Source: Desulfobacterales bacterium (GTDB taxonomy: Bacteria > Desulfobacterota > Desulfobacteria > Desulfobacterales > UBA5852). From it: a DNA stretch of 64,000 nucleotides. The position numbers and the translations under genes were made by a program. Under the pieces are notes generated by a model. That model ran no database searches and was not told where the DNA came from. It was given only the letters and a program-made list of their open reading frames with translations. Below, piece by piece: positions 1-9,471 of the stretch; position 1 is the stretch's first letter, and every line of letters begins with the position of its first letter. The stretch spans positions 768,001 through 832,000 of the forward strand of contig CAXXVS010000003.1 in NCBI GenBank assembly GCA_963674755.2, written 5' to 3'.

Positions 1-611
1 ACACTTCGCATTCCGGGAAGTTCGATGTAACGGAACAGATTCCAGCGGGACGCCCCATCGACGGCGGCGGCCTGGTAGAAAGCGGCGGGTATGGTTGTCA
101 GGCTGGAATAGCAAAGTAAAACAACAAGGCTCGTCCAGTGCCAGACGTCCATCAGGACAATCGAGATCCATGTATGAAAGGCGTTTAATTTCCAATCAAA
201 CCCCACGCCCACGGTCGCCAACGACTTGGTGAGGATTTCCAGAAAGACACGCCAAATGATGGCAATCATATTCCAGGGCACCAATAACGGCAGCGATATG
301 GCAACAAGGCATACGGCAACCAGGGCACCTTTTTTCTGTAAGGATAAGGCAATGGATATGCCCAGGGGAATTTCAATCATCAAAATCAGGGATGAAAACA
401 GGAGGCTGCTGCCCAGGGTTTCCCAGAACCGGCGGGAGCGCAATAATTCGCTATACCATTCAGCGCCGACCCAGATCTTGGACTCGAGTGAGAAAATGTC
501 GTGGAAGGAATAATTCACGACCATAACCAGCGGCATTACCGCAACGAATCCCAGCAGCATGAGCGCCGGCATTACGAAAAACCAGGCCCTGTTATTGGTT
601 GTTTTGACCAT
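1..611 (-). CDS. Carbohydrate (glycerol-type) ABC transporter permease, runs off window start
   Basis: Manual translation from ATG at 611: MVKTTNNRAWFFVMPALMLLGFVAVMPLVMVVNYSFHD...MDVWHWTSLVVLLCYSSLTTIPAAFYQAAAVDGASRW; EAA-loop-like motif and TM segments. Confidence 0.85.
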   Translation of the reverse strand, partial: MVKTTNNRAWFFVMPALMLLGFVAVMPLVMVVNYSFHDIFSLESKIWVGAEWYSELLRSRRFWETLGSSLLFSSLILMIEIPLGISIALSLQKKGALVAVCLVAISLPLLVPWNMIAIIWRVFLEILTKSLATVGVGFDWKLNAFHTWISIVLMDVWHWTSLVVLLCYSSLTTIPAAFYQAAAVDGASRWNLFRYIELPGMRS

Positions 612-827
612 GACCGATCATGAGCGTTTATTCCGGTAGCAGGCAGGAACAGGGGCGTCGGAACTTCCCTTTCAATCGCGTCACTACAATAAAGATGCGC
701 TTTCGGTGTCAATGGACAGCGTGGGGACGGTCATTCATAGATTGATTGGGAGCAGGTCTCAACTTTTTCCGCAGGCATATCCGCTTTGGTTCCTCGCTTT
801 GCCAGTCCCCCAAGCCCCCTCAATGTC

Positions 828-1808
828 TCACCCGCCGATCCCGTTCATTCCGCGCACGCATTTCCGCCGCCGGTGCGGGCTCAAGCCGTGGTCCCGGGGT
901 TTGTTGAGAATGGTGTTTTGGATCAGGTCCGTCAAGACGTCATCCGTGGCGCCCTGCCGCAGGGGTGTTTTGAGATCCGTTTCCTGCTCGGAAAAAAGAC
1001 AACTGCGTAGGTGACCGTCGGCCGTGAGGCGCAGCCGGTTGCAGGTGGCACAGAAGTGGTGGCTGAGCGCTGCGATCAAACCGATTTCGCCTTGGGCGCC
1101 TTTCAGGGCGTACCGTCGGGAGGGGCCGTCCAGGGGACGGGAATTGAGGCGGCGCAAGGGTCCGAGGGGGCGGATCCGTTCCAGAATGGCATCGCTGGAG
1201 AGAAAGGCCCGGCGCTCCCAGGCGGTGCCTTGTACCCCGGGCATCAGTTCGATGAAACGCACGTGATAGGGACGGCGCTGGGTGAGCCGGACGAAATCCT
1301 GCACCTCGTCGTCATTGACACCCTGCATGGCCACCACATTGATTTTTACCGGGGTCAGCCCGGCAGCCTCCGCGGCCATGATGCCTTCCCAGACCCGGGC
1401 AAAGGCGTCCCGCCGGGTAATGCGGGCGAAACGGTCCGGCTGAAGGGTATCCATACTGACGTTGACCCGGCAAAGCCTGCTGCGGCGCAGGTCCCAGGCC
1501 ACATCTTTCAGCAGGACACCGTTGGTGGTCAGGGTGATCTCCTCCAGCCCCGCGATTTCGCCGAGGCGGTGCAGGAATCCGACAATGCCTTTGCGCACCA
1601 GGGGTTCGCCTCCGGTGACGCGCACCTTGCGGATGCCCTGCCGGACACAGAGCCTTACCAGGTGCAGCATTTCCTCGTAGGTGAGAATATCGCAATGGGG
1701 AACAAAGCGGATTCCTTTTTCCGGCATACAGTAGATGCACCGCAGATTACAGCGGTCGGTGACGGAGAGGCGTAAATAGTTGATGGTGCGGTGGTGGTAA
1801 TCCTGCAA
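828..1808 (-). CDS. moaA: GTP 3',8-cyclase (molybdenum cofactor biosynthesis, radical SAM)
   Basis: YLRLSVTDRCNLRCIYC, TGGEP, FCATCNRLRLTADG..C, C-terminal IGG; TTG start preceded by GAGGT. Confidence 0.95.
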   Translation of the reverse strand: MQDYHHRTINYLRLSVTDRCNLRCIYCMPEKGIRFVPHCDILTYEEMLHLVRLCVRQGIRKVRVTGGEPLVRKGIVGFLHRLGEIAGLEEITLTTNGVLLKDVAWDLRRSRLCRVNVSMDTLQPDRFARITRRDAFARVWEGIMAAEAAGLTPVKINVVAMQGVNDDEVQDFVRLTQRRPYHVRFIELMPGVQGTAWERRAFLSSDAILERIRPLGPLRRLNSRPLDGPSRRYALKGAQGEIGLIAALSHHFCATCNRLRLTADGHLRSCLFSEQETDLKTPLRQGATDDVLTDLIQNTILNKPRDHGLSPHRRRKCVRGMNGIGG

Positions 1809-1874
1809 ATTTACCTCGGTGGTTGATACCCAGGGGGGGCCGCTTTGTGGGGACGACTCTCGACGAAGGGCGCT

Positions 1875-2081
1875 TTATTGGCGAAGTGACGAACCCGGTG
1901 CCAGCATGATCAGATTCTCATCCACCAGATCGATGCTCTCGATGGCGCCTTCCACAAAGGCGCGCTTTCCGAAAAGATCGATCAGCCAGTAGCCGTCACC
2001 TTCGGCTTCGATGCGGGCCACATCCCGCATGATCTCCCGGGGGGCATCCTTCTCTTTCAGACAAACCGTACTCAAACACAT
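1875..2081 (-). CDS. cooT: CooT-family nickel-binding protein
   Basis: 68 aa, N-terminal MC, DLFG motif, AGGAGG RBS. Confidence 0.75.
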   Translation of the reverse strand: MCLSTVCLKEKDAPREIMRDVARIEAEGDGYWLIDLFGKRAFVEGAIESIDLVDENLIMLAPGSSLRQ

Positions 2082-2105
2082 AGCATCCTCCTATCGGCAG
2101 GGCGA

Positions 2106-2339
2106 TCAGGTCCGCAAGGCATCCAGGATTCGGCCCGCTGCGACGACAGTACGCCTTCGGCAACCCCGCGCCCTTCCAGGCCCGCCTCGAAGACACGCGG
2201 ATCGTTCGGCAGGGTCCCGATCACCTCGATGCCGCGATGGCCCGGTTCTTCCCGCAACCGGTCGGCAATTTCCGGTGAGGGAACCTTGTTCAGCACCGCC
2301 GCCACCGCTTTGCCCTTGGCCCCGGCCAACCCGGCGGAA
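2106..2339 (-). pseudogene. C-terminal relic of a CooC-like Ni-insertion ATPase
   Basis: AVLNKVPS...GIEVIGTLPNDPRVFEAGLEGRGV, then a shifted frame AAGRILDALRT*; no start codon or P-loop. Confidence 0.55.
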
Positions 2340-3206
2340 TCAGACCGCCAGGCGGCCGGCCACCCGGTCCCAGATCCGGCGGACGGCACGGGCCCCGGCG
2401 GATTCCGCGTCATACTCGACGATGGTTTGGCCCTGCACCATGGCGTGGGTAAAATTGGGGTCAAAGGGAATCCGCCCCAGGACCCCGACCCCTTTTCTCC
2501 GGGCATAAGTTTCGATGACATCCCCTTCTTCCGGGTTCAGGTCGTATTTGTTGATGCAGAGCATGGCCGGGATCTTGAAAAAAGAGGCCAGCTCGGCCAC
2601 CCGCTCCATGTCATGGCGGCCGGAGACGGTGGGCTCGGCCACGATCAGCACGGCTGTGGCACCCCCCAGGGAGGCGATCACCGGACAGCCGATGCCCGGT
2701 GGGCCGTCCGTGAGCAATAGATCGAACCGGTGGACTTCCGCCAGTTTTTTGCCTTCCTGACGGATCAGGGTCACGAGCTTGCCGGAATTCTCCTCGGCAA
2801 TTCCCAGCATGGCATACGCCATGGGGCCGAAGCGCGTATCGGAAAGATACCATTCGCCGCAGGTATTCAGCGGAAAATCGATGGCCTTTTCGGGACACAC
2901 GTAATAGCAGACCCCGCAGCCTTCGCACGCGATGGGGTCCACCACAAAGTCTTCACCGATGGCCTCCCACCGGCATAGGTCGCGGCACAGGCCGCACTGG
3001 GTGCAGCGGTCCGGATCGATGATGGCGGTATGGCCCGAATCAAAGTCGTGGCGCTCCCGGACCGACGGGTTCATGATGAGATGCAGATCGGCGGCATCGA
3101 CATCCGCGTCACAGACAACCTTGTTGCTGACGATCGAAGCGAAAGCGGCCACCAGACTGGTCTTGCCGGTCCCGCCCTTTCCGCTGATAACGACCAATTC
3201 CTTCAT
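2340..3206 (-). CDS. MinD-superfamily P-loop ATPase with inserted 2x[4Fe-4S] ferredoxin domain (Orp cluster)
   Basis: SGKGGTGKT, DADVDAADL, CTQCGLCRDLC and CEGCGVCYYVCP, DGPPGIGCP. Confidence 0.9.
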   Translation of the reverse strand: MKELVVISGKGGTGKTSLVAAFASIVSNKVVCDADVDAADLHLIMNPSVRERHDFDSGHTAIIDPDRCTQCGLCRDLCRWEAIGEDFVVDPIACEGCGVCYYVCPEKAIDFPLNTCGEWYLSDTRFGPMAYAMLGIAEENSGKLVTLIRQEGKKLAEVHRFDLLLTDGPPGIGCPVIASLGGATAVLIVAEPTVSGRHDMERVAELASFFKIPAMLCINKYDLNPEEGDVIETYARRKGVGVLGRIPFDPNFTHAMVQGQTIVEYDAESAGARAVRRIWDRVAGRLAV

Positions 3207-3301
3207 GAGGAGCCTCTTTTATCGTTTTCGCCCCATGGGCCGACGGCCCATGACGCCTGGTAAGTGCAAGGGAAAGATCGAGAGCTGCCGACCGTCGGCA
3301 T

Positions 3302-4156
3302 CTAATCCGCAGCGGGGGCCCCGGCCACCCGTGCCTGGATCTGCTGGTGCAAGTCCTGGAAACGTGACCGCCACTCCGGCAGGGCCTTCACGATCAGTTC
3401 GCCCCGGGAATAGGCTTCGGCGATCCGGCGGTCGAAAGGAATCTCCATCAGGATCGGCAGGCCTTCCTCCCGGGCATAGTCCCGAACGCGGTCATCCCCC
3501 AGGTCGGCCCGATTGATGACCAGGCCGCAGGGAATCCCCAGCTTACGCACGGCCCCCACGGCCAGCTTGAGATCGTGGAGACCGAAGGGCGTGGGCTCCG
3601 TCACCATCAGGACGAAGTCCGCCCCACGCATGGCCGCAATGACCGGGCAGGAGGTACCGGGCGGTGCATCGATGATGGTCAGCGCGCCGTTACGGGTGTA
3701 GCCCCGCACCCGGCGGATCAGTGGCGGCGACATGGCTTCGCCGACCCGCAGTTTGCCGTGGATAAACTCGATAGCGTTGCGCCGGCCATGCTCGATCAGG
3801 CCGAGTTCCCGGTCGGTTTCGGTGATGGCCTTTTCCGGACAGACGTGCATGCAGCCGCCGCAGCTGTGGCACAACTCGGGAAACGGCAGTACCGTCTTCC
3901 CCAGCACCACGATAGCCTTGAACTGGCAAATCTCTCCGCATTTGCCGCAGAGCGTGCACTTGTCCATATCCACTTCGGGCACCGGGGTGGCAACGGTCAG
4001 GGCGGCGTCCATTTGCGGTCGAATGAACAGATGGGCGTTGGGCTCTTCCACATCACAGTCCAGCAATTGGATATCGCCCTGCAGCGCAACGGCCATATTG
4101 GTGGCCACCGTGGTTTTGCCGGTACCGCCCTTGCCGCTGGCGACACTGATGATCAT
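3302..4156 (-). CDS. MinD-superfamily P-loop ATPase with ferredoxin domain (paralog)
   Basis: SGKGGTGKT, DCDVEEPN, CTLCGKCGEIC and CHSCGGCMHVCP, DAPPGTSCP; AAGGAG RBS. Confidence 0.9.
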   Translation of the reverse strand: MIISVASGKGGTGKTTVATNMAVALQGDIQLLDCDVEEPNAHLFIRPQMDAALTVATPVPEVDMDKCTLCGKCGEICQFKAIVVLGKTVLPFPELCHSCGGCMHVCPEKAITETDRELGLIEHGRRNAIEFIHGKLRVGEAMSPPLIRRVRGYTRNGALTIIDAPPGTSCPVIAAMRGADFVLMVTEPTPFGLHDLKLAVGAVRKLGIPCGLVINRADLGDDRVRDYAREEGLPILMEIPFDRRIAEAYSRGELIVKALPEWRSRFQDLHQQIQARVAGAPAAD

Positions 4157-4300
4157 GATCAACTCCTTGTCGTGGATCCCATGGGGCGCTTTTCCTTTGA
4201 CGGGAGAAGCTCCCCCGGGGGGATGAAATGCCGGGACGCACTCGGCCGGGAGCCGATCAACGTCCGAACCCGCCCGGGCAACGATCCCCTGGACGGGCGG

Positions 4301-5533
4301 CTAATGGGTGCACCGGTTCTCGCCCGTGGTCAGACGCTCGTCCAGGTATTGCCGGACCAGCGCTTCGGGGGTATCGAGCGGCGCGCCGATGATCACCTCG
4401 ATTCCCATTTGGGTCAATAGATCGCGGGCCTGATCCCCCATTCCGCCGACGATGGCGACATTCGCACCCTGTTCATGGAGCCACCGGGGCAGCACTCCGG
4501 GTTCGTGGGCCGGCGGCGCCTTCAACCGGGTGGATCCGATCTGGCCGTCACGGGTTGCGATGAACGCAACCTGTTTACAATGGCCGAAGTGCGGGTCCAG
4601 TTTGTCCCCGGAAACGGGTATCGCCACCATCCGGTTGCCATTGGACGGCTTCCGGCCGGCCGCGGCCCGGACCGCGGCTTCCGCCGCCGCCCGGGCCCTC
4701 TCGGCCAGACTTTCCTCGACCGCCTCCACGATGCCGTCGAAAGCCCGATTGAACGGGGATTCGTCGGTCAAGGCCAAAGCCCCCCGGTCGGCATTCTGCA
4801 CCACCCGCGGCTCGAAGGGCAGGGTGCCCAGGAACCGCAGGCTTTCCTCGCGGGCGGTGCGTTCGCCGCCGCCGGTTTTGAAAAGGTCGATTTCCTTCCC
4901 GCAGTGAGGGCAGGTGAAGCCGCTCATGTTTTCAACGAGGCCCAGGATTTCCATCTTGACCTGCCGGCAGAAATTGATGGATTTGCGCACATCGGCCAGG
5001 GATATCTCCTGGGGGGTCGTCACAATCAAGGCCGTGGCCCGGGGAACGTTCTGTGCCACGCTGAGCGGCTCGTCCCCCGTGCCGGGAGGGGAATCAATCA
5101 CCAGATAGTCGAGCTCCGACCACTCGATATCGGCGATAAACTGCCGGATCACGCCGCCTTTGAGGGGGCCGCGCCAGATGGTGGCGGCATCCTTATCCCC
5201 CATCAGCACTTCGATGGACATGACTTCCAGATTGGGGGATAGCGCCACTGGACGCATTTTGCCCGCCTGGCGGCCGGGGCCGATCGATCCCTGCAAGCCC
5301 AGCATACGGGGAATGCTGGGACCGTGCAGGTCCACGTCCATGAGCCCGACCCGCTTTCCCCGGGCCGCCAGGGCCAAGGCCAGATGGGCGGCTACGCTGC
5401 TTTTGCCCACCCCACCCTTGCCGCTCATGACGAGGATTTTATGGGTCATCCGTTGGAGCCGCGCATAAATTTCGCGCGATTGGGCGTCGTACTCCGCTTT
5501 TCGTGCCTTTGCGTGGGTCTGCTGATCTTCCAT
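4301..5533 (-). CDS. Mrp/NBP35 (ApbC) Fe-S carrier ATPase fused to a NifB/NifX-family domain
   Basis: SGKGGVGKS, DSPPGTGDE, ENMSGFTCPHC; C-terminal HFGHC...GGMG...CTH domain. Confidence 0.9.
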   Translation of the reverse strand: MEDQQTHAKARKAEYDAQSREIYARLQRMTHKILVMSGKGGVGKSSVAAHLALALAARGKRVGLMDVDLHGPSIPRMLGLQGSIGPGRQAGKMRPVALSPNLEVMSIEVLMGDKDAATIWRGPLKGGVIRQFIADIEWSELDYLVIDSPPGTGDEPLSVAQNVPRATALIVTTPQEISLADVRKSINFCRQVKMEILGLVENMSGFTCPHCGKEIDLFKTGGGERTAREESLRFLGTLPFEPRVVQNADRGALALTDESPFNRAFDGIVEAVEESLAERARAAAEAAVRAAAGRKPSNGNRMVAIPVSGDKLDPHFGHCKQVAFIATRDGQIGSTRLKAPPAHEPGVLPRWLHEQGANVAIVGGMGDQARDLLTQMGIEVIIGAPLDTPEALVRQYLDERLTTGENRCTH

Positions 5534-5642
5534 GGTGTTTGACCTTTTTCTTACGGGTTCTAATGACGTTATGACCTGAGCCGGGTCCAACCCGGTCCCG
5601 GGTCAAATCCGGTTGTCAAGCGAACCGGGGGGCAGCAACGGG

Positions 5643-6542
5643 TTAGCGGCGGCTACCGGACCCGCCACCCATGCCGCGACCGCCACCCATGCCGCGACCA
5701 CCACCCATGCCGCGACCGCCACCCATGCCGCGACCACCACCCATGCCACGACCGCTACACCTGCCGCCACCCATTCCGAAATGGCTTTCAACATTGGGGG
5801 CATCGGACGGATTGAGGGCGCCGGCCTTGAATTGGGCGACGGCCTCGCGGACCGGCCCCTGCACACCGGTGATCACTTTGAGTCCCGCCGCCCCGAACAC
5901 CTGAAAAGCATTGGGGCCACAGGTCCCGGTCAAAACGGCGCCTACTCCCTTAGAGGCCATCATCTGGGCCGATTGAATGCCGGCGCCTCCGCCCAGCGCC
6001 CGGTTGGGATTCTCGATGGCTTCCAATGCCATCGTATCCGTATCCACGATCAAGAAGTAGGGGCACCGACCAAAACGCGTCTCCACCATGTCGTCCAGGG
6101 TCGGACCGGTCGATGTTATTGCGATTTTCATGGAATTTGCCTCCTGTGTTGAATGCGGTTTCGTTGCAATGATGTTTTGAAGAATCCGATGGCCGCAACT
6201 GCGGTCTACCATACACCCCGGCATCCGGTAGCGGGGGGCCAAATGTCTTCCCCGCAGATAGGCCGCCAGCACGTCCTCGACCGCCCCGGCGGCAAAGGGG
6301 ATGATAAGGATCTGGCAGGCCTCGATGGGGCTGGCAAACATGCGGGAGATTCCCCCGCATATCAGGGTGTCGATCCCCAGCTCTTCCAGTCGGGCCGCCC
6401 GGGAGAAAACAGACGCGCAATCGAACGGCGCCATCCGGCGGTCGGTCACCCGGTTGCCCTCGATATCCGCAATCAGCAGCATGCGGGTGGCATCGAAAAG
6501 GGGCGAAATATGCCCTTCCCAAACGGTTAATGCCACTTTCAT
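5643..6542 (-). CDS. Two tandem NifB/NifX-family (orange-protein-like) domains with GGGRGM tail; second domain has its own start at 6131
   Basis: MKVALTVW..ISPLFD..LICGGIS and MKIAITS..RFGRCPYF..GAGIQ..GPNAF; RBS GGGAGGT before 6542 and AGGAGG before 6131. Confidence 0.85.
   Translation of the reverse strand: MKVALTVWEGHISPLFDATRMLLIADIEGNRVTDRRMAPFDCASVFSRAARLEELGIDTLICGGISRMFASPIEACQILIIPFAAGAVEDVLAAYLRGRHLAPRYRMPGCMVDRSCGHRILQNIIATKPHSTQEANSMKIAITSTGPTLDDMVETRFGRCPYFLIVDTDTMALEAIENPNRALGGGAGIQSAQMMASKGVGAVLTGTCGPNAFQVFGAAGLKVITGVQGPVREAVAQFKAGALNPSDAPNVESHFGMGGGRCSGRGMGGGRGMGGGRGMGGGRGMGGGRGMGGGSGSRR
5662..5751. repeat. Five 18-bp tandem repeats coding GGGRGM
   Basis: cc(g/a)ccacccatgcc(g/a)cga x5. 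Confidence 0.9.
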
Positions 6543-6574
6543 CGAATCTGACCTCCCGGTTTGCTCAAAAGTAT

Positions 6575-6590
6575 TGCAAATCGGATGCCG
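6575..6590 (-). promoter_or_regulatory. Sigma-54 (-24/-12) promoter of the Orp operon
   Basis: Minus strand CGGCATCCGATTTGCA = GG-N10-GC, about 30 bp upstream of ATG 6542. Confidence 0.75.
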
Positions 6591-6686
6591 AGATATGTCT
6601 CAAATTGAAAAAAGATTTTTATGCAATAATATCAGATGAATCGACTCAACGCGTCTTGAGGGGAGAGGGTGGAGGTAGGATCGATC

Positions 6687-6733
6687 GGCGCAATATCGCG
6701 ACCATGGCCTGCATACCGTCGCGATATTGCAAC
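6687..6733. promoter_or_regulatory. Paired upstream activator (enhancer) sites, probably for the adjacent OrpR-like activator
   Basis: Perfect 13-bp inverted repeat GCAATATCGCGAC (6690-6702) / GTCGCGATATTGC (6718-6730), 100-140 bp from the sigma-54 promoter. Confidence 0.6.
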
Positions 6734-6734
6734 A

Positions 6735-8114
6735 TCAAGCGGAATGTTGGGGTGCCGCACGTCCGTTGATCGTCGGCACTTTTATACGTAATCGTTTGAT
6801 TTTTCGATATAATGTGCTTTTATGCAACCCCAGTTCGCGGGCCGTGGCCTGCCTGTTGTAATGGTTGCGTTTGAGCGCCTCCATGATGACATGGGCTTCG
6901 GCGGATTTCAGGGTCGCCGCCACTACGATCGGCATGGCGGCGCCGGACGCCTGGAGGTTTTCGGGCAGACAGTGAACGCCGATCCGCCCTTCGGGACACA
7001 GGACCAGGGCGTGCTCGATAATGTTTTCAAGCTCTCGGATATTTCCCGGAAAATCATGGAACATGAGCAGCGAGAGGGCCTCCGGGCTGATCTCCGTGCA
7101 GTCTCGGCCGCGCAGCCGTTGCAGCCGGCCGATGAAGTGCTCTACCAGCATGGGAATGTCCTCCTTGCGCTGCCGCAACGGCGGCAGATCAAGGCCGACC
7201 ACATTGATGCGGTAAAACAAATCCTGCCGGAAAACGCCTTCCCCCACCAGATTGGCCAGGTTACGGTTGGTTGCCGCCAGCACCCTCACGTCGATCCGGA
7301 CAGAGCGGGTGTCGCCGAGAGGCTGGACCATCCGTTCCTGGAGCACCCGCAGGAGCCGCACCTGGAAGGCCGGGCTGAGATCCCCGATTTCATCCAGCAG
7401 AATCGTACCGCCCTCGGCTACAGCGAACAATCCGGGTTTGTCACGGGTCGCATGGGTGAACGCCCCGGCCTTGTAGCCGAACAGCTCCGACTCCAGCAGG
7501 GTATCCGGCAAAGCCCCGCAATTGATGGCCACAAAGGGCCGGCCTTTGCGGGGACTCAGATTGTGGATCGCCCGGGCCAGCAACTCCTTGCCGGTGCCGG
7601 TTTCGCCCTGGATCAAGACCGTGCTGTCGCTCTCCGCCACCTGGGGCAAGATTTTGAACACCTTGTGCATGGCCGGACTGCGGCTCACCATGTCCCCTAC
7701 CTGGTAGCGGCTCTCCAATTCCTTGCGCAGTTCTTCAAGCAGGCTCATATCGCGAAAGGTTTCCACCCCGCCGAGCACCGTGCCATCGTCATCTTTGAGC
7801 AGGGCGGTCGATACCACCACCGGGATGCGGCGCTGGGCACTGTCGACGATGTAAGTCGCTGTATCGACGAAGGCCTTGCCCTGGGCCATGGTGCGCCGCA
7901 AGGCGCAGTCGGTCTCGCACATGTTGGAGCGAAAAACCTCCCAGCAATGCTTGCCAAGCGCCTCTTCCCGGGGAATGCCGGTAATTTCTTCAGCCGCCCG
8001 GTTGAAGGAGGTAATGCGCCATTCATGGTCCACGGTAAACACGCCGTCGGAAACACTTTCCAGAATGATCTCGGTGACATGCGGAGGAATCCGGTAGGTT
8101 TTGTCTTTGCCCAT
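6735..8114 (-). CDS. PAS-domain sigma-54-dependent activator, OrpR-like
   Basis: PAS with CWEVFRSNMCETDC (C-X8-C-X3-C), GETGTGKE, GAFTHA, LLDEIGD, Fis-type HTH. Confidence 0.9.
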   Translation of the reverse strand: MGKDKTYRIPPHVTEIILESVSDGVFTVDHEWRITSFNRAAEEITGIPREEALGKHCWEVFRSNMCETDCALRRTMAQGKAFVDTATYIVDSAQRRIPVVVSTALLKDDDGTVLGGVETFRDMSLLEELRKELESRYQVGDMVSRSPAMHKVFKILPQVAESDSTVLIQGETGTGKELLARAIHNLSPRKGRPFVAINCGALPDTLLESELFGYKAGAFTHATRDKPGLFAVAEGGTILLDEIGDLSPAFQVRLLRVLQERMVQPLGDTRSVRIDVRVLAATNRNLANLVGEGVFRQDLFYRINVVGLDLPPLRQRKEDIPMLVEHFIGRLQRLRGRDCTEISPEALSLLMFHDFPGNIRELENIIEHALVLCPEGRIGVHCLPENLQASGAAMPIVVAATLKSAEAHVIMEALKRNHYNRQATARELGLHKSTLYRKIKRLRIKVPTINGRAAPQHSA

Positions 8115-8643
8115 TGATCTGGTCCGATACCCCACCCTTAAGTATAGGGCGATATGGAAAAACCGGGAAATTGCTTTAAGATACCCCGTAAAACGCATAT
8201 GTAAAGCACGTGTTGGGTCAAGTCTCAACGGTCTGTTGCCCAAATAGCCTTTTCCCTATTGTATGTCAGTCACAGCGCGGCTAGATTTTCTTCACTTCTA
8301 ACCATAAAGGGGAAGTGATCGCTAGGGCCTTTCGTGGGACATTCTGACTAAGGGAGAAATGGTGGGCGGTCATTCATAAATAAGTTGCCACTCAATGTAT
8401 ACACACCTCCTATTTCTATATTTACACATTCCTCACGCTCTGATATCCAGCGAACATGCATCGGCAAATGCGCGTCTGCCTCCGATGCGGTCCACCAGAT
8501 CATCGTCATCCGGAAAGACGTTAAACTGCCCCTCCTCTGACTGATTTCCTCCGCTTCTTTCTCGACAGCAGACCAAAAATCTTGCCTTGCTTTTAACAGG
8601 ACAAGGACACCTCCTCCGGCAAAAAGCAGAAAAAGGAAAAGCA

Positions 8644-9060
8644 ATGACAATCCTTTTAAGTGAAGAATTACCCCGTAAGAACGAATACTTCTCTCTTTTC
8701 GAAACGACGGGCTGGAACCAGAACTATCAGGCCAGTCCCGAAGAGCTCGAGACCGCCAATCGGAACAGCTGGCTTACGATTTCCGTCTTCGATGACGAAA
8801 AGCTGGTTGGCTTTGGCCGGGTCGTGACGGATTTTACCTTGCATGCCATGATCTTTGATTTGATTGTCTTGCCGGATTATCGGGGCCGGGGCATCGGTGC
8901 AACGGTGTTACAGGCCCTGGTAAAGAAATGCCGGGAGCAAGGCATCCGAGACATTCAGCTCTTTTGTGCCAAGGACCAGAAAGGCTTCTACGAAAAGAAC
9001 GGTTTCGAGGCCAGGCCGGGTGACGCGCCGGGGATGCAACTCAGGAAATCAAAACCTTAG
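8644..9060 (+). CDS. GNAT-family N-acetyltransferase
   Basis: VLPDYRGRGIG and FYEKNGF motifs. Confidence 0.85.
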   Translation: MTILLSEELPRKNEYFSLFETTGWNQNYQASPEELETANRNSWLTISVFDDEKLVGFGRVVTDFTLHAMIFDLIVLPDYRGRGIGATVLQALVKKCREQGIRDIQLFCAKDQKGFYEKNGFEARPGDAPGMQLRKSKP

Positions 9061-9168
9061 AAGCTATCTCAAAAAAGTTTTTTCGCCCGATCCGCCAGAG
9101 GCGGGCAAGTATCAGCGTTGAATCCTCGTCGCAAGTCCTCGGCATACTGGCGTATGCCTGCGGGTTGC
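9060..9168. repeat. MITE/REP-like element (left part)
   Basis: End GAAGCTATCTCAAAA; internal hairpins ccgcc-aga-ggcgg and ggcatac-tggc-gtatgcc; core resembles 55339-55372. Confidence 0.5.
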
Positions 9169-9224
9169 ACCCACCGTATGAAAGTATTGAGCCTTCAACA
9201 TAAAGCATGTGGGAATGTCAGATG

Positions 9225-9239
9225 TTGAGACCTGACCCC
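9225..9239. repeat. REP-like motif TTGAGACCTGACCCC
   Basis: Exact reverse complement at 19944-19958; degenerate copies at 748-763 and 8214-8229. Confidence 0.6.
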
Positions 9240-9471
9240 AGAGAAGTCTGCGAGACGGCGTAAGGGCCGATCACCGCTTCGGGCTTGAAGAAGTGAACTC
9301 CCCGCTTGGCCGGTATTGGAAAATTATGCATTAAGGCGTGCCTGAAAGGCCCTTGCACAAATAAGTTTTTTTAAAGAGAGCGTGCTCCTCCCTTCCCCTG
9401 TCCGGGCATGGCCATCGCTATACAATTGGCGATAGTCTAAAGAGCTACCATGTTTTTGCAGTGGCAACCTG

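Noticed and set aside
5662..5751. Short repeats as a CRISPR array
   Set aside because: No spacers; in-frame coding repeat
4301..6542. Nitrogen fixation genes
   Set aside because: NifB/NifX-family domains occur in an Orp context; no nifHDK
8244..8640. AT-rich interval with 100-aa ORF 8348-8650
   Set aside because: Overlaps the GNAT start on the opposite strand and has no motifs; likely promoter or relic DNA
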